58,385 nucleotides of DNA from a virus (Duplodnaviria > Caudoviricetes): the IMG/VR virus record IMGVR_UViG_3300034104_000851, positions 1 through 58,385 of that record; one strand, given 5' to 3'. The translations under genes were made by a program, and so were the position numbers. Positions 7,832 to 17,247 of the stretch are shown in pieces (within the stretch, counting starts at the first letter, position 1; each line of letters starts with the position of its first letter). The notes beneath the pieces were generated by a model. The model ran no database searches, was not told the DNA's origin, and saw only the letters and a program-made list of their open reading frames with translations.

Positions 7832-9459
7832 GGCCGCGTCATGATCCTTCCATCGGTGGTCTTCCAACGCTTGATATTTGGGTTGGCGCGCACTTGTTCT
7901 GGCGTCAAAGTCTGAAGGGTGGGCGTGCGCCGCGCGCCTTGCGCGGGTGCGGTACGCGGCGCACCGTACAAGTCTTCTAGCGTGTCCAGAGTAGTGCGCG
8001 CCGCTTCAATTCCCTGCGTAGGGTCAGTCAACGCATCCAATGTCAACTGAAGTTCTACGTTCGAGTTCATTTCTTGCGCGGACATACCTGTCGCGTTCTT
8101 GATGGCGGTCGCCAACAGCTTACGCGAGTTGATAATTTCTGATAGATATTTCGACGTTTTTGTACCTACCATCTTTTGCGCTTCGCGGCCAAGGCTTGAA
8201 GAAGCAAAATAGTCCATCGCGTTTTCAAAACCACCGCGGGTTTCTGATGGGATAGCTTTGGCTTTATCCAACTGCTCATAGGCGGCGCGGACTTTTTTGA
8301 TTAGCGTGCTTACCTGTTTGCGCCCCGGCAATTTTTCAGCGGCTTTCTTTTCGGTTTCAACAATCGCGGTAGCGCGGGCTGCCGCTGCCGCTTTAGCTGC
8401 CGCCTCTGCGGGCGACTCACGCCCTGCAATTGCTTCTTGACGCACACGTTCAATAGGCACCTGTGACGAGCCGGGCAGCGGCGACACGTTAGGGTTACGC
8501 ATCTGAAGCGGCGTGCTTGTGCGCGTCTGTGCCAGCGTCTGTTCCATCGGCGGCGCGCCGCGCAGGCCAGCGGTCTGCGACTCCATCGGCTCACCGCGGT
8601 AAACAGCAAACTGCGACTCCGGTGTGCGGCCATCATACGCCATCGGCGACACTTCAAAGTCGGCTGGCGCCCCACGCATTTGATTGTCAGTTACGCCGGG
8701 CGTATTTGGCGTCACTTGGATGTTGTTCTGCTGCACCCATGCTGCGATCTTGGCGCGGCTTTGTGGCTGTGCAATCGAAAGGATTTTATCGTAATCGGAT
8801 TTGGACATGACGCCCGTTTCCAACGCCGACGCTACTACTAGGCCCAGCGATCCGGGATCGGCATCTGCGGTCGATTGCGGCGCGGCGCTCATGGGTGCAG
8901 CAGCGGCAGGCGCGCGCGGCGCAACAGGTGTTTCTGGCGCGTCGTATACGGCGCGTTGCTCAGGGTTAAGACCGCCGACAACAACCGACCTAGGCAGCCC
9001 TTCTCTAGAAAGTTCCAAGCTGGCAACTGGCGTTGCAAGCGAATATTTGAGTACGTCGTCGGCTTTTGCGATAGTAAGAATTTTTGAGTTTTGGTTCCAC
9101 TCGTCAGGAAGCGGCAACTCATTTGCAAACGCAGGGATGTTTGTGACAATCTCTTGGCGTAAAACGCCGTACCGTGCTTTGTCCGCAGGGTTAATAGTAG
9201 CCAACCTATCGCGGTACTGTGCCGTTAAATCTTTAAGATAGCTTAACTCTTTTTCGCGGATAGTCGCCGTTTGCGTCTGCGCTGCGCGCTCTTCTGCCCT
9301 AGCAGCAAAATCCATTTCCTGCGATAAACGCTGTGCTTGACGCTCAGCCGCGCGCTGCTGCGCCACCGTGTTTAGCATCTGGCCCATCTGCGCGGTTACA
9401 CGCGCCGGATCGGGAAGCTGTGGGTTACGCGCCTGAAGGGCTATCATTTGGTTTGCCAT
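7828..9459 (-). CDS. Ejection/DNA transfer protein 2 (gp20 position)
   Basis: Synteny; Ala/Gln/Pro-rich; partial homologue at 48542..50326. Confidence 0.65.
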   Translation of the reverse strand: MANQMIALQARNPQLPDPARVTAQMGQMLNTVAQQRAAERQAQRLSQEMDFAARAEERAAQTQTATIREKELSYLKDLTAQYRDRLATINPADKARYGVLRQEIVTNIPAFANELPLPDEWNQNSKILTIAKADDVLKYSLATPVASLELSREGLPRSVVVGGLNPEQRAVYDAPETPVAPRAPAAAAPMSAAPQSTADADPGSLGLVVASALETGVMSKSDYDKILSIAQPQSRAKIAAWVQQNNIQVTPNTPGVTDNQMRGAPADFEVSPMAYDGRTPESQFAVYRGEPMESQTAGLRGAPPMEQTLAQTRTSTPLQMRNPNVSPLPGSSQVPIERVRQEAIAGRESPAEAAAKAAAAARATAIVETEKKAAEKLPGRKQVSTLIKKVRAAYEQLDKAKAIPSETRGGFENAMDYFASSSLGREAQKMVGTKTSKYLSEIINSRKLLATAIKNATGMSAQEMNSNVELQLTLDALTDPTQGIEAARTTLDTLEDLYGAPRTAPAQGARRTPTLQTLTPEQVRANPNIKRWKTTDGRIMTRP

Positions 9460-9465
9460 GTTCAA

Positions 9466-10200
9466 TTAACCTTTTGGGATACCGCCGGGGGCGCCGCTAT
9501 TGTAATAGTTCATCATAGCGTTCTGCATTGGATAGTTTGTCGCAATACCGCCAACTTGACCAAGGGCGGTGTTAAGCGCGTTAGCTTGACCGATGTAGCC
9601 TGACGCGCGTGCAGCGCCAGCGTTGTAGATGTTCGACGCTTGGTTCTGGCCCATCTGTCCAGCAGCGCCTGTAAGCACGTTGGTTGCTGACTGACCCGAA
9701 CCCATCAGCGATTGCAGCGGATTAAGACGCGCCGACCGCTCGACCTGATAGCGGTTAAACGCGTTCTGATATTCTTGGCTGGCTAAGTCTTGGCCGAAAC
9801 GCTGCACACCCTTCAAGGTGGAGCCGGACAGCAGATTGCCGCGTGCGGCTGCCGACCGCTCTAGCGCCTTCATGCCTTCAGCTTGACGGAAAGCATAGCC
9901 GGGGTCTTGCTGGAATTGATCTGTGCCAAAGGATTTCGCCATGCTGCCGTAGCCAGCGGCGGTCTTGTCGCCGCCGATGCCCAGCAACTGCATAATCTCT
10001 TGCTGCGCTGTCAGGCCACCTTGGCGAAACGGCTCTTGCAGTTCCGTCTGCCGCTGGAACATGCGCTCCTGCGCTGCGGTCGCGTCTTGCGCGGCGCGCT
10101 CTTGCGTTCTGGCTGCTTTTTTAGCGCCACTAGAGGCGATCATCCCGCCGCCGATTGCGCTTGCGGCGCCGATCCCTGCTGCGATTACTGCTGGTGGCAT
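9466..10200 (-). CDS. Ejection protein 1, P22 gp7-like
   Basis: Gly/Ala hydrophobic N-terminus; DPGYAFR...ERSAAARG.LLSG.TLK...FGQDLASQEY motif. Confidence 0.8.
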   Translation of the reverse strand: MPPAVIAAGIGAASAIGGGMIASSGAKKAARTQERAAQDATAAQERMFQRQTELQEPFRQGGLTAQQEIMQLLGIGGDKTAAGYGSMAKSFGTDQFQQDPGYAFRQAEGMKALERSAAARGNLLSGSTLKGVQRFGQDLASQEYQNAFNRYQVERSARLNPLQSLMGSGQSATNVLTGAAGQMGQNQASNIYNAGAARASGYIGQANALNTALGQVGGIATNYPMQNAMMNYYNSGAPGGIPKG

Positions 10201-10619
10201 TTCGGTAACTCCATCTTATACAGGTCGTATGCGGACCCAAGTGTATATATCATCTCACCTGTGGGTTGCATACCCCCCTTGCGCGCGTACATATACACGC
10301 TAGGGGCGTTAGGGGCAATCCGTGCCCACAGAGTCTCAGCACCGTTTTCTACGGCAAAGTCAATAGTAAATTGACGCGCCTTAGCAGCCCACTTACCGCG
10401 GCCTTTCGGCAATATCATTACATGCACTTCGTATACGTTGGGTGATGTCCACGCCAACACGTAACCGCCGTGCTCACCCATTAAAAACCAATTCTTATCA
10501 AACTGGACCGCGTCGGTAAAATCTAACTCACCCACACTAACTGCGCCTATGAATGGACGGACGTCAGGGTGGTTAGCTACCCCATTGATCCGATCCACAT
10601 CAAAGCACCTTTTAAGCAT
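10185..10619 (-). CDS. GNAT-fold protein (DUF2824 / P22 gp14-like)
   Basis: YEVHVMILPKGRGKWA; position directly before the gp7-like gene. Confidence 0.7.
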   Translation of the reverse strand: MLKRCFDVDRINGVANHPDVRPFIGAVSVGELDFTDAVQFDKNWFLMGEHGGYVLAWTSPNVYEVHVMILPKGRGKWAAKARQFTIDFAVENGAETLWARIAPNAPSVYMYARKGGMQPTGEMIYTLGSAYDLYKMELPKCHQQ

Positions 10620-10954
10620 TAGCTAACCAGACGACCTGACGCGCGGATGTTGATGGCGGATGCCGTGCCAGCGATGGTGCTGATAAAACCATTGTTCGGC
10701 AGCACATGGCCGACCAGTTCAGGAAACGTATACGTCTCTGATGGCTGGAGCGTTTTGGTCTTGACAATCAAGTTGTCGTTGCCGGCGGAGCCAGCAGCCG
10801 TAATTAGGTTGACGCTGATCGTTGCTGCCGACGCCGAATAATTCGTAGCCGTAAACTTGTCGATGATAGTTTGCACACCATTTGACGTGTACTGCGTCAC
10901 TTGAGTTGCTTCCGCTGTCTTAGCGGGAATGATGTTACTGATAGATACGGCCAT
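10619..10954 (-). CDS. Conserved beta-rich virion protein
   Basis: Nearly identical orthologue at 52078..52413; follows the needle gene. Confidence 0.7.
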   Translation of the reverse strand: MAVSISNIIPAKTAEATQVTQYTSNGVQTIIDKFTATNYSASAATISVNLITAAGSAGNDNLIVKTKTLQPSETYTFPELVGHVLPNNGFISTIAGTASAINIRASGRLVS

Positions 10955-10964
10955 ATCTTATTCC

Positions 10965-13433
10965 TTATAGCGAAGTAATTGTTTGCCAAGCTGCACCGCT
11001 ATATACGCAGGCTTTGGAAAGCGTAGTATCAAATACCATAAGACCAGCCGCAGGGCTAGATATAGCGTTCTTTTCAACGGTTGTCATGTTGGGTAGACGA
11101 AAACCTTTGGTAGTTGACTGCACATCCAAAATTGCGGATGCGTTTGCCGTAGCCCCAATTCCGACGTTACCGTTGCCGTCAATACGCATACGCTCATCTG
11201 CGGTAGTCCAGTTAGCCGCGCCTGCGCTGCTGGCGTTATAGAAAATTAACGAGCCTTGGCCGTTAGCGTTTTGCCGAAGAATACCGATTGCAGCTTTGGA
11301 ATATGTGGTATCAGATGAAAACTCAATACCGCCGATACCTGACCCGCTATTGCTGTTCTGTGACCGAATACCGGCGAAAGCACTTCCGCCCGCTACAGAT
11401 ACGTCAAGACGTTGTTGCGGCGAAGTCGTACCAATTCCGACATTGCCGCTGCTATCTATACGCATACGCTCGTCTGTAGTAGCCCAGTTAGCCGCGCCTG
11501 TGCTGCTGGCATTATAAAAAGCTAGTGTGCCTACACCGTTGGCGGCACCGCGAACCAAGCCGATTGCAGCTTTTGCGTAAGTGGCGTCGGAAGAGAACTC
11601 AATACCGCCGATACCCGATCCGCTATTGCTGTTTTGTGAGCGAATACCAGCGAAAGCACTTCCCCCCGATACAGATACGTCAAGACGTTGCTGCGGTGAA
11701 GTTGTGCCAATCCCGACATTTGTGCCCGTGTCGTAAACAATAGATGCGCTGACGGCTGATGTGCCGTTACCCTTTACCAGATAACCGGATGTGAGCGTGG
11801 TTGCACCCGTGCCGCCGTTGGCTACAGGCAGTGTACCTGTGACTTGAGTTGTAAGGCTGACGTTTGATAGAGTGCCCCCAAGCGTAAGCGATCCCGAAGA
11901 CGTTACCGTTCCTGTAAGCGTAATACCGTTGACAGTTCCCGTACCGCTGACGCTGGTTACAGTGCCAGAACCCTTATTATTGAATGTAGTCCAATCAGTG
12001 CTAGTCAGGTATCCATTGACCGAAGCTGTAGCTGCGGCCATACTAATAGCCGGAGTGGTGCCGCCAGAAGACACAACAGGGGCCGTGCCAGTGACGCTGG
12101 TGACCGTGCCTGTGGTTGGTGTTGTCCATGTAGGAACGCCAGCCCCTGCGGATGTAAGCACTTGTCCAGATGTGCCAGCAGCCGTAAACGCGTATGCTGT
12201 TCCTGTTCCATAAGGCACAGCCCCTGCCGTCGGTGCAGATGTTCCATTAGTGCCGCCATTGGCAATAGGGAGCGTGCCTGAGACTTGTGTTGTGAGGCTT
12301 ACACCAGACAGTGTGCCGCCAAGCGTTAGTGACCCTGAAGACGTTACCGTTCCTGTCAGCGTAATTCCATTTACCGTACCTGTGCCGCTGACGCTAGTAA
12401 CCGTTCCCGACCCTTTATTGTTAAAAGTAGTCCAATCGGTACTGGTAAGATAGCCGTTAACCGAAGTTGTCGCGGCAGGCATACTAATGGCGGGTGTCGT
12501 ACCGCCGCTAGATACAACGGGGGACGTTCCTGTGACGCTAGTGACAGTTCCTGATGCGCCGGTCAAAACGCCAGCAGACAACGTCAAACCGCCAGCTACG
12601 CTGATCTCTTCGGCTGCGCCTGTGCTGGCTGTAGTGCGACCTAATAGACGGCTGGTAGACATCGTAAGGCCATTGGCAGAAGCATACGCACTGGGGGCAA
12701 CATAGTCAGTTGCCGCGACCGCTGCGGACAGCGCGGTTCCGTTACCCTTTATCAGACCTGTAACTGACGTGGATAAAGTGATTGCAGGCGTTGTAGTGGC
12801 AGTAGCAACGGTTCCTGCAAATCCATTAGCTGAAACAACAGAAACGCTTGTAACCGTTCCAGTTCCCGCTGTAGAGGAAATGGTAATTGAGCCTGAACCG
12901 TTAGTGATGCTGATGTTTGTGCCAGCAATCAGAGTGGCTTTGGTTAGCGTGTTGCCTGTTGTGTTGCCAATCAGAAGCTGGCCGTCTGTATAGGTAGTCT
13001 GGCCCGTGCCGCCATTGGCTACAGCCAACGTGCCGCCAAGTGTGAGCGTGCCGCTTGTCGTGATCGGGGAGCCTGTAAAGGTCAGGCCAGTTGTTCCACC
13101 AGACGCAGCAACTGAAGTGACAGTGCCGCCAAGATCAGGCGGCGTAACACCGAAAGCATTTTGCAGATTGTTTAAGCTACTCTCTAGGCTTGCCACCATA
13201 CCATCAGACGTAATTGCGGACGCTTGTGTAGCTGTTGCCAGCATGGCGTCGTAGGTAGCTAACAGTGATGCTGTGTCTGGCCCTAACGTAACTTCTTCTT
13301 GATTAGCCTGCGTAGCAGTCAACAGTGACAGAAAAAACCTGTACCATTCACGACTAATCGCGCCTGACCGTTCGTCAATAAAAGCGACGCGCGGCGGCGT
13401 TAGCTGGGTGGGGTTGATCGGCGCCAATGCCAT
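10965..13433 (-). CDS. Tail needle/central fibre (gp26 position), long form
   Basis: PPRV..ID.RSG.ISREWYRFF N-terminus after gp10; GTVTSV, LPVANGGT and ERMRID..GNVGIG fibre repeats. Confidence 0.8.
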   Translation of the reverse strand: MALAPINPTQLTPPRVAFIDERSGAISREWYRFFLSLLTATQANQEEVTLGPDTASLLATYDAMLATATQASAITSDGMVASLESSLNNLQNAFGVTPPDLGGTVTSVAASGGTTGLTFTGSPITTSGTLTLGGTLAVANGGTGQTTYTDGQLLIGNTTGNTLTKATLIAGTNISITNGSGSITISSTAGTGTVTSVSVVSANGFAGTVATATTTPAITLSTSVTGLIKGNGTALSAAVAATDYVAPSAYASANGLTMSTSRLLGRTTASTGAAEEISVAGGLTLSAGVLTGASGTVTSVTGTSPVVSSGGTTPAISMPAATTSVNGYLTSTDWTTFNNKGSGTVTSVSGTGTVNGITLTGTVTSSGSLTLGGTLSGVSLTTQVSGTLPIANGGTNGTSAPTAGAVPYGTGTAYAFTAAGTSGQVLTSAGAGVPTWTTPTTGTVTSVTGTAPVVSSGGTTPAISMAAATASVNGYLTSTDWTTFNNKGSGTVTSVSGTGTVNGITLTGTVTSSGSLTLGGTLSNVSLTTQVTGTLPVANGGTGATTLTSGYLVKGNGTSAVSASIVYDTGTNVGIGTTSPQQRLDVSVSGGSAFAGIRSQNSNSGSGIGGIEFSSDATYAKAAIGLVRGAANGVGTLAFYNASSTGAANWATTDERMRIDSSGNVGIGTTSPQQRLDVSVAGGSAFAGIRSQNSNSGSGIGGIEFSSDTTYSKAAIGILRQNANGQGSLIFYNASSAGAANWTTADERMRIDGNGNVGIGATANASAILDVQSTTKGFRLPNMTTVEKNAISSPAAGLMVFDTTLSKACVYSGAAWQTITSL
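11169..11720 (-). repeat. Two tandem 276-bp (92-aa) repeats in the needle C-terminus
   Basis: NVGIGTTSPQQRLDVSV...ERMRID unit at 11445-11720 and 11169-11444. Confidence 0.9.
11808..12551 (-). repeat. Two ~303-bp repeats 441 bp apart in the needle shaft
   Basis: GTVTSVTGT...TSTDWTTFNNK...LP(I/V)ANGGT at 12249-12551 and 11808-12110. Confidence 0.9.
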
Positions 13434-14959
13434 CAGGCGTTTGTCCCACTAAGTATCAGTTCAGCGCCCATGATATAAATCCGTACAGGGTCTGTGCCAG
13501 ACACTTCGTAGACGCGGTCGCGTATCTTCATCGTTGCGCCAAGGCGACGCCATATTGTTCGGAAGCCAAACCGGCCAATTTTCCCCATCGACTTCCAATG
13601 TTCATTAGACCATGTATGGCCGCCGTCATCGGAAAAACGCAACATGACTTGTGGGTTATACCCCGGCGTGTCGGGATACGCCATTGTCACAAGAAAAGTG
13701 CCATCTTCTGTGGTTATGTTAACTTCCGTTTCAGTAACTAACTCTTGTTCGCCTGCGCCGGGAGACAATTCAAGTCCTACACCAGTTTCGCAGTCAAGCT
13801 GCATTGAATGTTGAATAGTGCGCGAGAGGTTGTTAGCGCCTGTTGGCAACGCGCGCCACGACCGCAGCCATTTCTGTGGTTCGCCATCGTCAGCGTACAC
13901 ATTCAAATCAAACTCGTAAATCTTGCCGTTTTCGTAGTCGCCAACAACCGTGGTATTATTAAAGAACATCTGGTTATTGGCGCGGTGACGGTTAAAATCA
14001 CCGTTAGCAAACGATGCGCGCTCATGCCACGCACCAGTAGCAACATCATACACCCATGTTGTGTCGGCGCTGGGGAAGTTTAAAACGTAAAAGCTATGGC
14101 CATCCTGCTGATATGTGTAGCCTGTCGCGTCTGAAATGTCAGCATACTCTTGCATCTGCCATTCGATAGCGTGCGTCGAAACGCGCTGTCCGATGTAACC
14201 CGCAGCTTTGTAAACAATCCCTTGACCGCGCGCGTCCCTACCTAGCCAGTAGACTTGGTTGTCCATTTTGGCGATGCTGTAAGGCGCGGCGCACCCCAGT
14301 TCGTTAAACGCACCTTGGATACGCGCCAGCGGAAAGTCGAGCAGCCCTGCGTCATACCAGACTTCGGTTGAGTTTGTGCCAAACACCCAGACTTCGCGGT
14401 GATCCACAAAGACCGCAACAACATTGTCTGGATTGCCTTCAGCGCTGGAAAATTCCAGTGGGTCAATACTGGTTCCATCAAGTAATTGCGTAACCCAGAT
14501 TTTTTGGCTGTTAGGTTCATTGAACGTAAAATATCCGTCGATGTAACCCACCGTGCCTGCGCCGGGGAAATCTGGGTCGCCAATTTGCTGAAATACGTTG
14601 GTGCTGGCGTTATAGATGTAGCCTTGCGGATTAGCCGCAATAAATAGTTGCGTTCCGTTGTCAGCCATGCTGACAGGGCCCGAACCCCCCACACTACCTT
14701 TAGCGGTTGCGTTCCAGCTGCTGTCGATCTGATACAGTGTCGGGCCTGAGACAACATAGCCGTAGCCGCCATACGTCCACATACCGCGGATAGGACCAAT
14801 GCCAACGGTAGCTAGAACAGTCAGCCCCGGCGCGCGCTGAAGAAACGCTGGCTCCTTGCCGCCTTCAGGAACGATCTCAGGAAACAAGTTAACCATGCGG
14901 TTGTTGGCGGCATTGACGCTTCTAGCGACATACGCGGAACCAAGGATGGGCGTTTTCAT
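13433..14959 (-). CDS. Tail nozzle / DNA stabilization protein, P22 gp10-like
   Basis: VNLFPE, STEVWYDAG, STHAIE, HSFYVL.FP, SDDGGHTWS motifs; 32 aa longer than copy B. Confidence 0.9.
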   Translation of the reverse strand: MKTPILGSAYVARSVNAANNRMVNLFPEIVPEGGKEPAFLQRAPGLTVLATVGIGPIRGMWTYGGYGYVVSGPTLYQIDSSWNATAKGSVGGSGPVSMADNGTQLFIAANPQGYIYNASTNVFQQIGDPDFPGAGTVGYIDGYFTFNEPNSQKIWVTQLLDGTSIDPLEFSSAEGNPDNVVAVFVDHREVWVFGTNSTEVWYDAGLLDFPLARIQGAFNELGCAAPYSIAKMDNQVYWLGRDARGQGIVYKAAGYIGQRVSTHAIEWQMQEYADISDATGYTYQQDGHSFYVLNFPSADTTWVYDVATGAWHERASFANGDFNRHRANNQMFFNNTTVVGDYENGKIYEFDLNVYADDGEPQKWLRSWRALPTGANNLSRTIQHSMQLDCETGVGLELSPGAGEQELVTETEVNITTEDGTFLVTMAYPDTPGYNPQVMLRFSDDGGHTWSNEHWKSMGKIGRFGFRTIWRRLGATMKIRDRVYEVSGTDPVRIYIMGAELILSGTNA

Positions 14960-14964
14960 GTTAA

Positions 14965-15126
14965 TCAAACACTTTCTTGTGTGTTGCCCGGCGGTTGAGG
15001 AGCATCACAAATCTCCGCAAGTTTTTCGTTCATCAAGCGCATCTGATGACGAAGCTGGATGATTTCCAAGTCGCGCTCACCAAGAGCGCGCGCAAGAGAA
15101 TCAAAATCAATCGGAAGCGGGTTCAA
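14965..15126 (-). CDS. Small coiled-coil protein, possible fibre chaperone (variant A only)
   Basis: LARALGERDLEIIQLRHQMRLMNEKL; TTG start overlapping the fibre stop (start uncertain). Confidence 0.5.
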   Translation of the reverse strand: MNPLPIDFDSLARALGERDLEIIQLRHQMRLMNEKLAEICDAPQPPGNTQESV

Positions 15127-16313
15127 TTTACCACTCTTAGGGAGCGGAACCCTACCCCGGCAGTGTCTGCTGCGTCCTGTGTAATTTGCTTGAGAGTACT
15201 TCCTACCCGTATCCACACAGGGTTATCGGCAGCCCCATCTACCCGCATTTGCTCGTTTGTGTCGACCCACAATTCTAACAACCGTCCAGTGGACGCCTGC
15301 CATTTCGTTTCGACGCGAATACCGCGCGCGGACACTTCGTTAACTGATGTAGTGAGGTAGACCATCCAGTTGTTTATCTTGCCCTCTGCCTGAAGAATTT
15401 GACGCCAGCCAGCCGACGTTGCCGTGTTGGAAGCATAAAATGCGGTGTCTGATTGCGACCCTGATGCCGCATCAGATTGCGCCCAATAAGCTGTATAATT
15501 GCTGGCACCGACCTGACCGGGGCGAAGCCCAGCAGACGAGGAGAAATTAATGACATCGACTTCAATTCCAACGACGTTTGTTGGCGCATTTCCAGAAGTC
15601 TGTGCTGCGATGATGTTGGCGCCGAACACATCCCACGGCGTAGTTCCAGCGCCCGTGTTGGTTTGCGCGATGGCGGATACACCAACCATTATTCTTTTAG
15701 ACGGATCGGCTGAAATCGGTGCATTAGTTGAATACGCGCGGAATGAAGCGCCGTTAACTTCAGCTTCACAGCCAGCTTCAGCGATATGTTCAGTTGTGAT
15801 CGCGCTAATTTTATACTCATTACCCCAAACTGATCGCGCTTGAGTTAGTGCGGTACTGTTATGAACTTCCACATAAGCGCCAGTGCGGGCATAAGACAGC
15901 GTACTGTCAGGAGTAGTAGCAGTTCCTCTGAACACCGACACACCATTTTGTGCTGCTTTAGCAAAGTTATTGGCTCCCGGCTCATTAAGCTGGCCAAGAG
16001 TCCCTTCGTAAAACCCGCCTCTTGAAATAGAGACATATCCGGGGGAAAGCATATCTCCACTAGAACCAAAAATAACCTTGGTTGTCCCTGCGCCCACTTT
16101 AGCATTAGCAAGAGTGTCGTAATCGGCAGCGTTTACCGTGCCGCGCAGTTTGGCTTGTATTGTCTGCAATACCGCACCTGTGCCAGATTGCACAAAGCCA
16201 ATAGTGGCTACACCTGCGCGTTTCGTAACGCCGTCTTGAACAACCGGCATCTCAACTGTGCTGGCCAACGGCGAAGTTGCTAAAGGAAGACCTGTAATAG
16301 TGACAGTCGGCAT
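15123..16313 (-). CDS. Accessory tail fibre/spike (variant A only)
   Basis: N-terminal motif shared with 22457..23323; FVQSGTGAV.QTIQAKL neck typical of tailspikes. Confidence 0.75.
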   Translation of the reverse strand: MPTVTITGLPLATSPLASTVEMPVVQDGVTKRAGVATIGFVQSGTGAVLQTIQAKLRGTVNAADYDTLANAKVGAGTTKVIFGSSGDMLSPGYVSISRGGFYEGTLGQLNEPGANNFAKAAQNGVSVFRGTATTPDSTLSYARTGAYVEVHNSTALTQARSVWGNEYKISAITTEHIAEAGCEAEVNGASFRAYSTNAPISADPSKRIMVGVSAIAQTNTGAGTTPWDVFGANIIAAQTSGNAPTNVVGIEVDVINFSSSAGLRPGQVGASNYTAYWAQSDAASGSQSDTAFYASNTATSAGWRQILQAEGKINNWMVYLTTSVNEVSARGIRVETKWQASTGRLLELWVDTNEQMRVDGAADNPVWIRVGSTLKQITQDAADTAGVGFRSLRVVN

Positions 16314-17023
16314 TAGTAGTTCCCTGCGTAGATGTTAAACCGCTGCCGCGAAGCGATAAGGCTGTACGGTATGGACATGATGTCATCTGGGTTGTTGATA
16401 CGTTTTATGTTACGCTTCGACGACATAGCAATGCGGCGAACCTGTGCCGATGGTTCCTCGCCAAACTCAGGTGCTAATTCGCACGCCAAGTTATAACGGA
16501 ACGCACGCAGATAGCCGGGCGGGAAATGCAGTACTGTCGCCAGCGTTGCAGGCTGAGTTAGTTCCTCAACAGAAATAAAATGCCATTCTAGATTGCGCGT
16601 CGGACGCGGATAGATGTACATCTCAATGTCGGGGAACGTCATGTTGATGAAGATGACTTGCGGGTATGTCGATGTGACGGTCTTGACCGCGATACCGTTA
16701 TACTGCTGCTGGTTGATGAATTTGATGCCGTAGCTGACGCCAGTGCCGGGGTCTTTGAAATAGGTGCTGTCATCAAGCAGCACTGGGCGGTTGCCGACAA
16801 AGTTGCCTGTTGGCCCCAGCGTGCGCGAAAGCTGACCTGACGGCCATGTAAACACTTGGTCTTGCGTCGAGTAGACCGCGAGGCGCTCAGTGTTCCAGCT
16901 ATCAATCATCTGGTTCATGGCGCGCAGTGCGTCCTGCGACGTTTCAGCCGATGGGACTTCACCTTCTGCTAGAACACCTAGCAGTCTAAGCGAACCATTA
17001 ATTATGTCACCAGCAGTTGCCAT
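16313..17023 (-). CDS. Head-tail adaptor, P22 gp4-like
   Basis: TAGDII..SLRLLGVLA.GE...LRAMNQMIDSW; YNLACELAPEFG. Confidence 0.85.
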   Translation of the reverse strand: MATAGDIINGSLRLLGVLAEGEVPSAETSQDALRAMNQMIDSWNTERLAVYSTQDQVFTWPSGQLSRTLGPTGNFVGNRPVLLDDSTYFKDPGTGVSYGIKFINQQQYNGIAVKTVTSTYPQVIFINMTFPDIEMYIYPRPTRNLEWHFISVEELTQPATLATVLHFPPGYLRAFRYNLACELAPEFGEEPSAQVRRIAMSSKRNIKRINNPDDIMSIPYSLIASRQRFNIYAGNY

Positions 17024-17026
17024 TGA

Positions 17027-17203
17027 TTAGTCTTCCTGCGCTTTGCGGCGGCTTTTGGCTACCGGCATTTCGTTGATTGACGCCTTTACAGGCACGTCAG
17101 GATTATAGCGTTCCCAGCCGAAATCTTCATCATAAATCGCTTCTTCTTCTGAAATAGCGACTTTTGCCCCGTGGACATCGTGAACAAGATAGATAACAGC
17201 CAT
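17027..17203 (-). CDS. 58-aa hypothetical protein
   Basis: MAVIYLVHDVHGAKVAISEEEA...; read manually; orthologue at 55215..55394. Confidence 0.75.
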   Translation of the reverse strand: MAVIYLVHDVHGAKVAISEEEAIYDEDFGWERYNPDVPVKASINEMPVAKSRRKAQED

Positions 17204-17214
17204 AAAAAACCTTT

Positions 17215-17240
17215 AAAAATGGACGGCCCGAAAGCCGCCC
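17215..17240 (-). terminator. Intrinsic terminator
   Basis: GGGCGGC-TTTCGG-GCCGTCC then ATTTTT; stem conserved in copy B. Confidence 0.7.
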
Positions 17241-17247
17241 AAATTAA

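Noticed and set aside
11169-11720. Diversity-generating retroelement TR/VR pair
   Set aside because: No reverse transcriptase; both repeats are in-frame coding and the differences are not adenine-specific
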